A DNA stretch of 64,000 bases, from the IMG/VR virus record IMGVR_UViG_3300045988_081670. One strand, 5' to 3'. Below the pieces are notes generated by a model. It had not been told where the DNA came from, searched no databases, and was given only the letters and a program-made list of their open reading frames with translations. The stretch is from a virus. Below are positions 1 through 10,976 of this stretch, piece by piece. The position numbers and the translations under genes are program-made. Positions within the stretch are counted from its first letter, which is position 1; each line of letters starts with the position of its first letter.

Positions 1-268
1 CTGTATCTGTGGGGATTTCCTTTCCATTTTCATCCCACATCTTAAATTCTGAATTTCCAGATTTTTCATACATCCACCAGTATATGTCATCTACTCCATC
101 CTCATTAAATAAGAAATCTAAGGTTTTATCAAAAAGTATAGCTGCATACTCTACCCAATCACTCTCAAAGAGTGTAGGTACATTAAGAGCTTCTGAGACT
201 TCATCAACTCTATTAGACCACTTCTGTTGTTTCAAAATAAGATCAATAAATTCTTCCTTAGTTATCAT
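1..268 (-). CDS. hypothetical protein; 5' end complete (ATG at 268..266), 3' end runs off the window edge
   Basis: Minus-strand frame is open from the ATG at 268 down to position 1 (MITKEEFIDLILKQQKWSNRVDEV...). It overlaps the plus ORF 9..287, which is S-rich and judged spurious. Confidence 0.5.
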   Translation of the reverse strand, partial: MITKEEFIDLILKQQKWSNRVDEVSEALNVPTLFESDWVEYAAILFDKTLDFLFNEDGVDDIYWWMYEKSGNSEFKMWDENGKEIPTDT

Positions 269-473
269 TTCAACTATTTTTATTTAAACCACCAATACAA
301 ATCATTTGATCTTTTGTTATGGTTTCGGCAATTTCCTTATTACTATTCCATCCAGTCATAAAATCAATAGTTGGAATATTAATTGCGATACCACTACGTA
401 GGTATACGGTCGTTATACCATTTCCTTTATCTAACCATCCCTCTATTGCTTCTGTTTTAATAAATCCTTTCAT

Positions 474-836
474 TTAATACCAAGTTTCAAAGTATATGTC
501 TTCTCCTTCTTCTAGAGTATCGAACTCAGGAAGTAACTTGTCTTTAACGTAGTCCCTAACTACTTTTACGTCATTATAGTAGTAATCATTATAGTCTGTA
601 CTTCCAAAGAAGAATCCAGACATAGTAGGAAGCAATTCTGGACCTTTTGAGTGGTCCTTCAAAACTTCCTCGCACTTAGAAAGTAATTCTTCTGCATCTT
701 CTCTCTTGATTGCCAGAGGAGTCTGATTTGGAACATCAAACCCCTTCTTCTCAAAGAATCTTACTAGAAAATTAACTTTTCTAAAGTAACCAATTTCTGA
801 ACGTTTCTTTTTAGTAAGAAATATATCGAGTCCCAT
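474..836 (-). CDS. hypothetical protein
   Basis: 120-aa ORF in the track, tightly packed with its neighbours (4-nt spacing). Confidence 0.45.
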   Translation of the reverse strand: MGLDIFLTKKKRSEIGYFRKVNFLVRFFEKKGFDVPNQTPLAIKREDAEELLSKCEEVLKDHSKGPELLPTMSGFFFGSTDYNDYYYNDVKVVRDYVKDKLLPEFDTLEEGEDIYFETWY

Positions 837-839
837 AGC

Positions 840-1361
840 TTATTTTGATCCAGTTGAATTAAAACCTCCATCTCCTCTCTCAGTTTCATCTAAAGATGTT
901 ACTTCATTCCACTCAATGTGGTAAACAGGCTCTAGAATACCTTGACAAATACGCTCCCCATCCTCAATGTATACATCCTCCAGACCAAGATTAATCACTG
1001 GGAGACGCCATTCTCCACGGTAATCCGCATCTATAGTAGATGGAGTATTTATAAGCGTTAAACCTTTCTTTATAGCCATACCACTTCTTGGACGGAAACT
1101 TACCTGCCATCCTTTAGGAATAGCAGTAAATATACCAGTAGGAAGTAAAGCTCTAGACCTTGGGGCAATTCGAATCATCGGAACTGTATGTCCTTTACCA
1201 GACCAAATAACCTCGGCATCTCCGAAACCCTTAATAGGAGTGTCTGGGGTAACACAACTTAAATCAACTCTAATGTCAAAACCAGCAGCATCCGTTGTTT
1301 CGTACTTAGGAAGAGGGTTGTTAGACTTGTTAATTACGTTTACTACTATTTTATTTTCCAT
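840..1361 (-). CDS. dut: dUTP diphosphatase (dUTPase)
   Basis: 173 aa with dUTPase motifs read directly: RSGMAIKKGL (motif III), IDADYRGE (motif IV), and C-terminal RGDGGFNSTG (motif V). Confidence 0.8.
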   Translation of the reverse strand: MENKIVVNVINKSNNPLPKYETTDAAGFDIRVDLSCVTPDTPIKGFGDAEVIWSGKGHTVPMIRIAPRSRALLPTGIFTAIPKGWQVSFRPRSGMAIKKGLTLINTPSTIDADYRGEWRLPVINLGLEDVYIEDGERICQGILEPVYHIEWNEVTSLDETERGDGGFNSTGSK

Positions 1362-1617
1362 TATTGTTTAAGTATTTAATAAGAGAATCAATTACATCTT
1401 CCGCTTCTGTGTAAAAAGCTTTAATTGGCTTTTCATTATCTAATATAACTGCAAATGGATCTAATTTGGCTCCGTAGTAGGATTTAATCCTCCATGCTTC
1501 CTTTTTACCCTTCTTAGCTAAAGAATCGACAAAATGAAAAATCGGAGTATACTTAGAAGTATCTCCGATTCTATCAAGCTGACTCTTGTCATTGTAAACA
1601 ACAATAATGTCTGTCAT
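1351..1617 (-). CDS. hypothetical protein
   Basis: 88-aa ORF overlapping the dut start. No CxxC motif, so not a glutaredoxin. Confidence 0.4.
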   Translation of the reverse strand: MTDIIVVYNDKSQLDRIGDTSKYTPIFHFVDSLAKKGKKEAWRIKSYYGAKLDPFAVILDNEKPIKAFYTEAEDVIDSLIKYLNNNGK

Positions 1618-1816
1618 AAAATAAACAATATAGCAGCACCACAGATTAATCCAATGATACTGTCAATAATCAGAACAAACATAGCTTTCTTTTGAAACTC
1701 CTCTAAATTATCTCTTAATTGATAAAATAGATCTTGTGCAAGCTCATGTTTCTCCTGACTTCCTATTACACACAGCTTACTTAAGCTAAGTATGATTAAA
1801 ATAATTGCCCATATCT

Positions 1817-2293
1817 TCATGATTCTTTCCAAAATTTATTTGTAATGTTAAGCAGCTCGTTTTTACTACCTTCATGAACTACCTTATACATAATCTGATT
1901 AGTATTAGGATTGTTTAGAGGGCCAAATTGCTCAACATATGGTCCAATCTTGATAAAATCAAAATTACTAAGTTCAATATCCTTACTGAGTTCTTGTCTG
2001 CCACTATACCAAGCTACTTTAAGGCTTGGGAACTGCTCTTTAATTATACTTGCATAGACATTTACTGATAAAGGGTCAGCATCTCCTCCCATAAATGCTA
2101 CGCAAGTGATACCTTTATTCTTATGTATAAGAGAGATTAGGTTATCATATCTAAGCCTTTCACCAATATCCTCTGCTAAATAAGGGGAATGACAACCAGG
2201 ACATTTACAAGGACAATTAGAAATGTTTATTGCTAGAGAAATCTCATCTGGGACTTCTGCGAATACTACCTCATAATTAACGTATTTAAGCAT
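1817..2293 (-). CDS. nrdG: anaerobic ribonucleotide reductase activating protein (radical SAM)
   Basis: 158 aa with a Cys cluster NCPCKCPGCHSP near the N-terminus. Lies immediately downstream of nrdD in the same orientation. Confidence 0.7.
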   Translation of the reverse strand: MLKYVNYEVVFAEVPDEISLAINISNCPCKCPGCHSPYLAEDIGERLRYDNLISLIHKNKGITCVAFMGGDADPLSVNVYASIIKEQFPSLKVAWYSGRQELSKDIELSNFDFIKIGPYVEQFGPLNNPNTNQIMYKVVHEGSKNELLNITNKFWKES

Positions 2294-2303
2294 ACACTCA
2301 CAT

Positions 2304-2954
2304 TTAATATTCTCTTATTTCCTTAGAATCTAAGTTCATAATGAAACACTTCCTACAGTCCAGACAAGCAAAGTCAGGTTGAATTATTTCTTTATTCATT
2401 TGAGTATGTCCAAAGACTTGATAGAGGTTAGGTATATGATCCTCTGATGCATACTCTCTAACGTCTCCCCAAAGGATTCCTCCAACTTCCGAAAATCCTC
2501 CCCTCCAAGGAGATATATCAGTTAAGGCTTTATGATCAAATTTTAGGTTCGGAATATCCTCTATAGAGAGATTATTAACCTTTAACCACTTAGGAAGAAC
2601 TCCAGCATGGCTAAATAGAATGTCATTAATATGATAAGCAACCTTAAGATCTAGCTTCTTTAGAAGGGAAGTAACTTCATTGTAATTGTTATAATCAACT
2701 CTATCAGCAAACCCATCCTTTATAAGGTAGTTACCATCATGGTTTCCTAAAAGGCAGATCACTCTGGACTTGTTATTCTCATAGAAATTTACAAGGACTT
2801 TTAAATTTTCCAAGGAATTATTTTTACTCACCTGCTGAGGGTATGGGTCATGGTAATCTCCTAAGAAGACTACCTTCCCCTCCCATTCTCTGCAAGGTTC
2901 TTTCCAGAAGTCACGCCCATGAACATCTGGAATCACTAAAATTTCATTTTTCAT
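2304..2954 (-). CDS. calcineurin-like metallophosphoesterase (Ser/Thr phosphatase-like)
   Basis: Motifs VIPDVHGR, FLGDYHDPY and LLGNHDGNY match GDxHG / GDxxDRG / GNHE. Confidence 0.75.
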   Translation of the reverse strand: MKNEILVIPDVHGRDFWKEPCREWEGKVVFLGDYHDPYPQQVSKNNSLENLKVLVNFYENNKSRVICLLGNHDGNYLIKDGFADRVDYNNYNEVTSLLKKLDLKVAYHINDILFSHAGVLPKWLKVNNLSIEDIPNLKFDHKALTDISPWRGGFSEVGGILWGDVREYASEDHIPNLYQVFGHTQMNKEIIQPDFACLDCRKCFIMNLDSKEIREY

Positions 2955-3146
2955 ACATTAATACCTGAGTTAAATAATTAATTGCAGCAAGCTCGGTGTC
3001 ATGGAGTTTGATAGGAGTACCGTTAAGGTCTATGTCCCATCCTTCCCCGTTAGCCCACTCAGTTACAGCTATGTAATCACCCTTTTTAGCTACATAACTA
3101 TACTTATTTAAATCATCCAAAACGGACTTAAGATTCTTTCTTTCCA

Positions 3147-5315
3147 TTATAACGTACTGTAAGTTCTTTTTCCAGCCTCTATTTTCCTATCAGAACCAAA
3201 GGCTGTAATCGGTCTTAAATAACCAATAATTCTTGTATATTGAGTAATATGAGAGCTTCCACATTTCGGACATACCTTTATAGGACGCTTAGTAATGAAG
3301 TGACAATCATCACACTGACTATTTGGAATGTTAAAAGTGAAGTAATTGGTTCCCTGACTTACTGCAAAATCAATAAGCTTAAGATATTGTTCCTTGCTTA
3401 AATGGTCTTGTAGATTGCAGTGAAGTGCAGAACCTCCATCGCAATAAGAGGCAGTTTGCCTTCCATGTAATATAAACTTGTCAAGAACAGATGTATTATC
3501 GTGAGCGTTATAGAAATAGGAATTATAAAGATTCTCATCTTCGGGAACCCAATATCCGTCGGATTTATCCCAGCGATAATTCTTACCTCCTAAAGACTCA
3601 GCAGGAACACATTCACTATTAAATAAGAAAGGTCTCTTCTTATCGTGAATAGAATGTTTCTTGTTCTGTTCCTTGATGGTTCCAAGGACTAATTGTAGAA
3701 ATTGAATATATTCTGGATTGTTAGAGACTTCTAAACCCAAGAATCTGGCAGCCTCATTTAGGCCATTTATACCAATTGTACTATACAAGTCCTTTATATT
3801 AATAAATCCTCCATTAGAAGAGGCATAAGCACCTTTACTTTCCCACTCATAAAGCATAGTCTTGTAAGCAATATGATACTTATAAACTCTCTCTAAGATT
3901 GAAGTAAGATACCTTACAAATTCTGACCTATGCACAGAATCATTCCAGAGCTCTTTCTCCACTACCTCCTCATGCTTACAAGGTCCAAAGTAGTTTTGAA
4001 TAATTCTGTTTACATTCAAAGTAATAACATTGGCACTTCCGGTCTTGATTCCAGTCATACCAGACGTAGGACTGAAGGTATTTTCAGCTAGCTCATTTCT
4101 AAGTCTGCAGCATGAAGCAAGACTATCTGCGCTATCAGATATATAAGTGAAGAAGGAATGACCCTTAGCATACATCTCAGCAGTTAAATCCTTGTAATCC
4201 TTATCTATGATATCCCCTGTTTTTGGATCATATACCATAGCCATAGTTTCTACTGGGAATGCTACAAGTTGTCTTAATCTCCACTGATTAAACCAATTCA
4301 TAAACAATCTCTGCAAAGCATCAACTGCTTCCCATTCAGGTTGAGTACCATCTGGATAGTAGAAGGTTCCAAACAATGATGAGAAGTAAGTACGGTCATA
4401 ATATGAGATATTGGTAAATGGGCTTTGATAACCTCTATTACCTGCAGGCTGATTGATTCCACAAACAAATTGCTTGAATGCTTTTTCAATCATATTTCTC
4501 ATAGTTCTAGACTTTTTGCAGTTGCTAGATGTAACTACATCATCTAAATGTTCATACCACTTTTCTCCATATTCAGCAACGATATAGTAATTTAAGGCAA
4601 TGAAATACGAACCAACTGCTACGGCTCCCTTACATTGAGCAGATAGAGTAAATATAGAATTTACTAATTGCCCACTGAAGGACTGCAAGTCATTTGGTTC
4701 TGATGGAGTAGTTTTATCCAGGACCCCGCATCCTTCCAACATTAGAGGATATAAGGATACAGCCATACAATATTGTTTTAGAGTTGGAGTTGAAGCCTCA
4801 TCATGAATATAAATTTCATGTCCTTCTATATCTCTCTCATAATCATATGCAACCTCTGGATACATCTGCTTAAGCTTCCTCTTCATCCTATACCTCTGTA
4901 TAGTTCTAAAGTCATCCTTAAATACCTCTGGTTCAAGAGTTGCAACATTCTTGGCAGAAGTATTTGCATTTCCATCAGTGTTGGACATAGTAGCAGCATT
5001 TTCATTACTATCTATATATTCGTCCATATAATGAATTTTCCGCCAAAGCATTCTAGCTCTTGATTGCTTATCCTTATAAGATCTATAAGCAGCAGCTACA
5101 TCAGGATAATCATAATCTCCGAGGAGTTCAATTATTTGATCTTGAATATCCTCTATACTGATTGTATCCCAGATATTAACTGCTTTTGCAATATTCTTAA
5201 TAACATCTTCACTAACTTCTGTCTCACAAGACATGAAAGCCTTACGTATAGCACTTTCTATTCTGCTAATATCAAAAGACTCTAAATTTCCTTCGCGTTT
5301 TGTAACTCTATACAT
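3147..5315 (-). CDS. nrdD: anaerobic ribonucleoside-triphosphate reductase (class III)
   Basis: 722 aa. C-terminal Zn ribbon CDDCHF...CPKCGS and glycyl-radical motif TRIIGYLRP. An N-terminal ATP-cone-like region. nrdG is adjacent. Confidence 0.9.
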   Translation of the reverse strand: MYRVTKREGNLESFDISRIESAIRKAFMSCETEVSEDVIKNIAKAVNIWDTISIEDIQDQIIELLGDYDYPDVAAAYRSYKDKQSRARMLWRKIHYMDEYIDSNENAATMSNTDGNANTSAKNVATLEPEVFKDDFRTIQRYRMKRKLKQMYPEVAYDYERDIEGHEIYIHDEASTPTLKQYCMAVSLYPLMLEGCGVLDKTTPSEPNDLQSFSGQLVNSIFTLSAQCKGAVAVGSYFIALNYYIVAEYGEKWYEHLDDVVTSSNCKKSRTMRNMIEKAFKQFVCGINQPAGNRGYQSPFTNISYYDRTYFSSLFGTFYYPDGTQPEWEAVDALQRLFMNWFNQWRLRQLVAFPVETMAMVYDPKTGDIIDKDYKDLTAEMYAKGHSFFTYISDSADSLASCCRLRNELAENTFSPTSGMTGIKTGSANVITLNVNRIIQNYFGPCKHEEVVEKELWNDSVHRSEFVRYLTSILERVYKYHIAYKTMLYEWESKGAYASSNGGFINIKDLYSTIGINGLNEAARFLGLEVSNNPEYIQFLQLVLGTIKEQNKKHSIHDKKRPFLFNSECVPAESLGGKNYRWDKSDGYWVPEDENLYNSYFYNAHDNTSVLDKFILHGRQTASYCDGGSALHCNLQDHLSKEQYLKLIDFAVSQGTNYFTFNIPNSQCDDCHFITKRPIKVCPKCGSSHITQYTRIIGYLRPITAFGSDRKIEAGKRTYSTL

Positions 5316-5372
5316 GATTTACTTAGATTAATATTTAGTAAATATAATAAAAGTTATTGAAATTTTAAAATC

Positions 5373-6155
5373 TTAAGATAAATGTAGAATATTTCTAAGG
5401 AGCAAGGTCTTCTCAACTTTATTTACTATATCCCTTGTGTCTGCATTACTTATAAGTTCTGTAAATGCATTATACACATTAAACATAGATGTACTTTCTC
5501 CCTCTCCTACAAAATAAGGGGAATCTTCTTTCTCATAAAGAAGTTTATATGCATCAATAGCAGTATTGCTAGCAAGTTTTACCTTTCCAAATCCCATATT
5601 ATAGGAGCACGCTATTGTTTCTCTTACCCACATTCCTAGATTTTCGTTAATTAGACGATTATCATAGGGTACTTCAGTAGATTTTAATTTATCTAACCAT
5701 ACCTTCAAGGTAGAGGTTTGTTCCATAAGAGGTTGAATACATCCAAAATCTAAGGGTTTCTCTGGTTCTATTTCCTGTAAATCTAGAAAGGATGGATTAA
5801 ATACACATAAGTTAAGACATGCCATATTTAAAGCTCCTCTATAAATCTTAGCTACAGGCTTCCTAGTATCAAGTCCATAGACCATACCTATAACCTCGTT
5901 ATGATTATCAATGCTAAATTCCTCTGGGAGAATTGCTTGAATCCAAACTCTATTAAAGACAGTATCCTCAGAGTTGAGATCTTTTTCTCTTGTAAGACTC
6001 ATCTGGTCAGGTAGCTTTGCTTGGATTCTAAAGTCCTTAGTAAACTTGGACATTCTTTCCAAAAATGGAGTGACATAAGCTTCCGCGCTCAAATACTCTT
6101 TTCCACGTATAACCGTGGCTTTTCCTTTTAATAATTCATTAAGGTTTAATTCCAT
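5373..6155 (-). CDS. hypothetical protein
   Basis: 260-aa ORF, no recognised motif. Confidence 0.45.
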   Translation of the reverse strand: MELNLNELLKGKATVIRGKEYLSAEAYVTPFLERMSKFTKDFRIQAKLPDQMSLTREKDLNSEDTVFNRVWIQAILPEEFSIDNHNEVIGMVYGLDTRKPVAKIYRGALNMACLNLCVFNPSFLDLQEIEPEKPLDFGCIQPLMEQTSTLKVWLDKLKSTEVPYDNRLINENLGMWVRETIACSYNMGFGKVKLASNTAIDAYKLLYEKEDSPYFVGEGESTSMFNVYNAFTELISNADTRDIVNKVEKTLLLRNILHLS

Positions 6156-6583
6156 TGACTAAAATATCAGATTGATTGTGAAAATATATCTACTATCTAA
6201 GTAATCTCCATAATCTGGTTTATCTGTATTCAGTCTAAAAAAAAGATCAGGAGAGAACACTGTTCTCTCCTTATAATTAAAATAGGTCATCCACGTTTAC
6301 CTCGTCAAGAACTTCCTCCGGTCCCAATTGTTCTTCCAAATCTGCTGGTCGAGCTTCTTGAGCATTAATGGCTTCGTTAATCTCACCCAAATTCCTATTT
6401 AAATATTCATCTAGCTCTTTACGAGTAATTCCTTCAAGAACCATACACTGTGCTTTAGATAAATATTCAGTACCATTATAGGTAACTGGCTTACAATTCT
6501 TATTTGGTTTATATACACCAAAGGCATATTTATTTTTTATTGCCCTTCTTACTTTCTTTCCTTTTACCATAATAATTTAATTT

Positions 6584-8131
6584 CTAAAGATTTTCAAATG
6601 TTCCTCTAATAAGATTACTTCCCACAAATAAGTCATAAGACATACCATAGGAATTTCTACTAAAGTTATAATTAGAATAATCGGAAGCTCCAAAGAGACT
6701 TAAAACATTTCTATAATCTAATCTCTTGCAAGAGTTTAAAGAATTAGAATGCAAATCTCCTTTTATAAAATGAATATTATCTTTATGAATACCCATTTCA
6801 TGAAGCCACTCATAGAGCATAATCTTGGACTTATCATCAAGATTTAGAGGAAGACCTCGTTTCATATATTGATCATCCTTGCCATGACAACATATAAAGG
6901 TGTTGTCATTAAACTCAAATATTCCAAAGAAATCCTCCCAAAATGTAGTTTTTATATTTGGAAATTTAGCATTTACTGTTGCAATCAGTGCTTTATTACA
7001 CATATATTCGTAGTTGCCTCCATGATTACCACAAGGAACTGAGTATAGGTTTATGTGAGAACAGAATTTATTTTCCTTCTCTACTAGAGATCCTATAAAC
7101 CATAACAAGAGCTCTATGAATTTGTTAGCTTGCTCTCTGGCATCCATATTTTCAGGAAGGTCATGATCAAGCCTTGCTGTCTTACCATATACTCCTGCGC
7201 AGTCAATATTATCTCCCATTAGCACAAGATTGATAGTATCAAAAGTTCCAAATTGATGAAGTCTCTCCAGAATTTCAGCGAGCCTTCTCTGAGCCTCAAC
7301 AAAACCATACTTAACATTCTCCTTATAAAGGGAACCTGTGGTTAAAGCAGCTCCTAAATGAAGGTCAGAAAGATAAAGATTTATACTTCTTCCTACCTCC
7401 TTTCTCTCTTCTAAAAGAATAGGATTAAGATTTTCTGGAAGCTTTACTTTAAATTCAGACAGATCCTTCATCTGCCTTTTAAGTTCTATATTCTCTTGGG
7501 CATACTTCTTTAGAAGCTTTTCCGTATTTTTAATTTGGTCCTCTTCCGCTTTACGGAGAAAGCTATTCTCCTTCTCACGAAGTTGAATTTCTCTAAGTTC
7601 ATCCTCACTCAATTCTTCAAACATATGAGGAGCAAATGGAGCAGATGCTTTAGTGATATTAAACGCACGAAGGATTCTCTTAAAGTCTATAAGAGACAGG
7701 TCCACAAAATGTCTTGAGATAACTCTCTGAGTTAGAGAGTCTCCATAGTAAGAATAGAGTCTATGAATAGTATTCATTTCCTCCCTAGTTAGCTTACCAG
7801 TTAGAGGTGCCTTGTCTCTTCTAAAGATTTGATAACTATAGAAGTTAATCCTTCCATCTTCTCCTCTAAGAATGGAAGTTTCTGCTCTATCATCCGTCTC
7901 AATCACTTCCTTCAAAGACTTCCCTTTCTTAGAGACTACTTCACTATACAAACGAAGCAAAGTCTTTACTTCATCAGTTTCAACATCATTCTGCTTCTTA
8001 AGAGTAGAGATAGCTCCAACTATACTATTATAGTTAAGTCCATTTTTCTCACAGAAAAGATGTAAGTTCTGTCCGCTATTTTTCGCTGCGGTTAATATTT
8101 CAGTATATTTTCTAACAGTAGAATGTTTCAT
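6584..8131 (-). CDS. metallophosphoesterase-domain protein with an N-terminal coiled-coil region
   Basis: 515 aa. Motifs LSDLHLG, LMGDNID and PCGNHGGNYE match DxH / GD / GNH. Confidence 0.6.
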   Translation of the reverse strand: MKHSTVRKYTEILTAAKNSGQNLHLFCEKNGLNYNSIVGAISTLKKQNDVETDEVKTLLRLYSEVVSKKGKSLKEVIETDDRAETSILRGEDGRINFYSYQIFRRDKAPLTGKLTREEMNTIHRLYSYYGDSLTQRVISRHFVDLSLIDFKRILRAFNITKASAPFAPHMFEELSEDELREIQLREKENSFLRKAEEDQIKNTEKLLKKYAQENIELKRQMKDLSEFKVKLPENLNPILLEERKEVGRSINLYLSDLHLGAALTTGSLYKENVKYGFVEAQRRLAEILERLHQFGTFDTINLVLMGDNIDCAGVYGKTARLDHDLPENMDAREQANKFIELLLWFIGSLVEKENKFCSHINLYSVPCGNHGGNYEYMCNKALIATVNAKFPNIKTTFWEDFFGIFEFNDNTFICCHGKDDQYMKRGLPLNLDDKSKIMLYEWLHEMGIHKDNIHFIKGDLHSNSLNSCKRLDYRNVLSLFGASDYSNYNFSRNSYGMSYDLFVGSNLIRGTFENL

Positions 8132-9418
8132 TATTTTTAATTGATTTATTCAATTTTATGTCAAGCTATTATGCTAAAAAAAAACGGGCAGTCGTTTCTC
8201 AACACTGCCCTTAATATAGGATTTAGATATGGAATTAACCTCTTTCAACTCCGAATACAAGATAACTACCAACACGAGAACTCTTTGAAGGAGTATACTC
8301 AGCTTCAAATGCGATTGGCTCACCGTCAACTACCTGCTTTGTATATGTGCAGATAATGTTGCCCTTAAAGCCTTTATCTACATACAAACTCTTGGCAATT
8401 TCCTTAGCCTTAGCCTTAGTTTCATTTGTTTCAGCAATAACTGAACCAGTAGCCTTATCAATCAACTGATAAGTAGTCTTGTACTTACGAGCACCAGATT
8501 CATTTTTCTTATCGTGGATACTATAAGGACGCTCACGGCTATCAGCAATAGCTGACTCCAATGTGATTGAGAATCCTACGCCAGCAACATTCTTAGATTT
8601 CTTAGAAAGATAATCAAGCATAAACTGTTTCTTGTCAGCATCAGTTACGCCGTTTACCTGCTTTTTCTTCCAGATTTTGTAAGCCTGTGTAGCATCACCC
8701 ATAATGTCAAAAGGAGCTTTTGCGAGTGCTTCATCCTTAGTTGCTCCAGTTACTTCCATTCTCTTAAAATTCATAATTTGTGTCATAATTCAATAAAATT
8801 TAAAAAATTTAAAACCAAAAAACATTAATTCGTATCAACATCTTTCATCTAACATTACAAATATATTATTCTTTATTGAATTACCAAAACAATAATTTGT
8901 AAAGTTTATCTTAAGCTCTAAATTTTACCTCATCTTCTTTCGTTGACTTTGGTAAAGCAAATATAATATATTACTCAACCTATGCAAACGAAAAGTGACT
9001 ATTTTATTGTTAACAAATGTTAACAAAATTATCTGCACAAAATAAATGAATCTACCTACTTATAATTAAAACGGAACATAAGTTGACAGAATTTCCTTTA
9101 TTTTATTAGGAATATCTTTGTCGCTTATTCCAAATGTAGGAAAACTTTTACAGCCATAAGAAAAGTCTTCTACAACCACCGCAACTCCTTTTACAAAGTC
9201 TTCTGGTAAGCTATCTTCAACTATCTTCCTTATAACCTGATAAGCTGTCACATCTGGCTTCTTTTGCTTTAGCTTAAAAGTTAGATACCCTATAAGGGAA
9301 ATCAATGCAAACTTAGCATTTATGTCCGTTTCTAAATATCCCAATGAGTAGTAACGGTTATACAACCGCTGCATATCCTGGTACGGGGGAGTAGTTATAA
9401 CATCCATGGCAATATCCA

Positions 9419-10459
9419 TTATATGAATCTATATCCTTTATTGTAATAGTAGGCTACAAGTCTTAGAAGAGCTTTAAATTCTTCCCACCCTCTTGTAAAG
9501 TCAGCTTTTGTAACTTCATATACCTTAGTGTAATACTTTGGTATAGTAGATACAACTAAACAGTTGGAACGAATTGTACAATTCTCCATACCATAATGCT
9601 TCTTAGCTACAAGAGATAATAGCCAGCTATACAAGGATAACTCCCGATGATAGTGAAACCTCTTAAAATTGTTAGGAAATTCTGAAACTATTTTCCCAAT
9701 AGTCTTGACATCATTAACTACAATAGTATTAGTTTCTTTGTCAATAGTATAGTTATCAAGTTTAGCCTTTAGTTTTAACACGAAAGGATCACATCCTGGA
9801 ACTATAACTTTGACGTCAAGCAAAATTGCCTGTTCATTCTCAGAAATAGGATCTTCCAAAAGTCCTTCAGGATGAAGTAGCTTCTGGATACTCTCGTTTT
9901 CCTTTAAAGCTCTTACACACTGTAAAACTCTTTCTCTACCTTTAGCATCCAAATAAATTGGAGTGCTATTTAAAGGAGAAGATTCATATTTCTTTCTACT
10001 TTCCCAATAGTCTGAACACTTTGAGAGCAGGGCATCTTGTTTCTCTTTATCAAATTTGCCCTTGTAATAATCAACTTTATCAGATGCTTTTATAAGAGCT
10101 TCTGAGCTTAAAGAAGGGTTTTCCTTATACTCTTTAAAGAGTTCATCTGCCATAAAACCTGCTTTGGCAGTAGGTCTATCTACACTTGTACACATGTGGA
10201 ATAACTCTGGCTGAAGAGTAAGTTCATGAACAGCACTACCAAAAATTAAGGCATCACTGTACTTATTATGCTTTCCCAACCCCTCAAAGAAAGCTTTAGG
10301 ATCATTGTCTTGATCTGGATTTATAAGAGACAATCTAGAATTGCTTATATAGCCGTTGTATTTCTCACTAAAATACTCTACATCATCTATCTTCTGCAAT
10401 CTTAAAGTATCTAATAGAGGTATAATCTGAATCTGATTTAAATCAGCCAAACTTATCAT
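9419..10459 (-). CDS. hypothetical protein
   Basis: 346-aa ORF, no confident motif. Confidence 0.4.
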   Translation of the reverse strand: MISLADLNQIQIIPLLDTLRLQKIDDVEYFSEKYNGYISNSRLSLINPDQDNDPKAFFEGLGKHNKYSDALIFGSAVHELTLQPELFHMCTSVDRPTAKAGFMADELFKEYKENPSLSSEALIKASDKVDYYKGKFDKEKQDALLSKCSDYWESRKKYESSPLNSTPIYLDAKGRERVLQCVRALKENESIQKLLHPEGLLEDPISENEQAILLDVKVIVPGCDPFVLKLKAKLDNYTIDKETNTIVVNDVKTIGKIVSEFPNNFKRFHYHRELSLYSWLLSLVAKKHYGMENCTIRSNCLVVSTIPKYYTKVYEVTKADFTRGWEEFKALLRLVAYYYNKGYRFI

Positions 10460-10976
10460 ATACTAAATCTTTAAAGTTAGGATATAGCGTATCTAAGAAT
10501 AGATTATAACAATCCTCTATTTCCTCTTCTCTAAGACTAAAGATCCTTCCAACTGGACCCCACTTTCTATTGTGCTTAGCATCCATTAGTAAACAGGGTA
10601 TCCCGTGCAAGTTAAGGTCTATGAAATTTGAGATACTATCATCAACGAAAACATCAACCCTACCTTTAATCCTGGGTGCTTTACTAGATACCTGACAGTA
10701 AACCTGATATATAGGAGCTATTGGTAAATCATTCAATTCCAAAAACTTCTTAGACCAAGCTTTAGAATGCACTCTCTTGGTACAGTACAAAGTAGGCATA
10801 AAGTCTGGACGGTTGATAACCGGAAGATTTAACCAAAATTCTCTATCCTTTATAAGGATCCTGTTTACATTTCTAGTGATCTCACTATCCTTATGAGGAG
10901 TACCAAAGCGCTTCAAATAAGGATTTATAAAATCACAGACTGTATCATCAATATCTAGTCCTATTCGTAATCTCAT
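10443..10976 (-). CDS. HAD-family 5'(3')-deoxyribonucleotidase-like protein
   Basis: N-terminal GLDIDDTVCDF (DxDxT/V HAD motif I) and C-terminal VDVFVDDS. Confidence 0.55.
   Translation of the reverse strand: MRLRIGLDIDDTVCDFINPYLKRFGTPHKDSEITRNVNRILIKDREFWLNLPVINRPDFMPTLYCTKRVHSKAWSKKFLELNDLPIAPIYQVYCQVSSKAPRIKGRVDVFVDDSISNFIDLNLHGIPCLLMDAKHNRKWGPVGRIFSLREEEIEDCYNLFLDTLYPNFKDLVYDKFG

Noticed and set aside
9-287. Plus-strand 92-aa ORF at the left edge
   Set aside because: Ser/Thr-rich, with no neighbours on the plus strand. It fully overlaps a well-formed minus-strand ORF that runs from the ATG at 268 to the window edge, so it is treated as spurious.
4803-5285. Plus-strand ORFs 4803..5063 and 5064..5285 inside nrdD
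   Set aside because: Antisense to a confidently identified 722-aa gene. Low-complexity I/L/S-rich translations.
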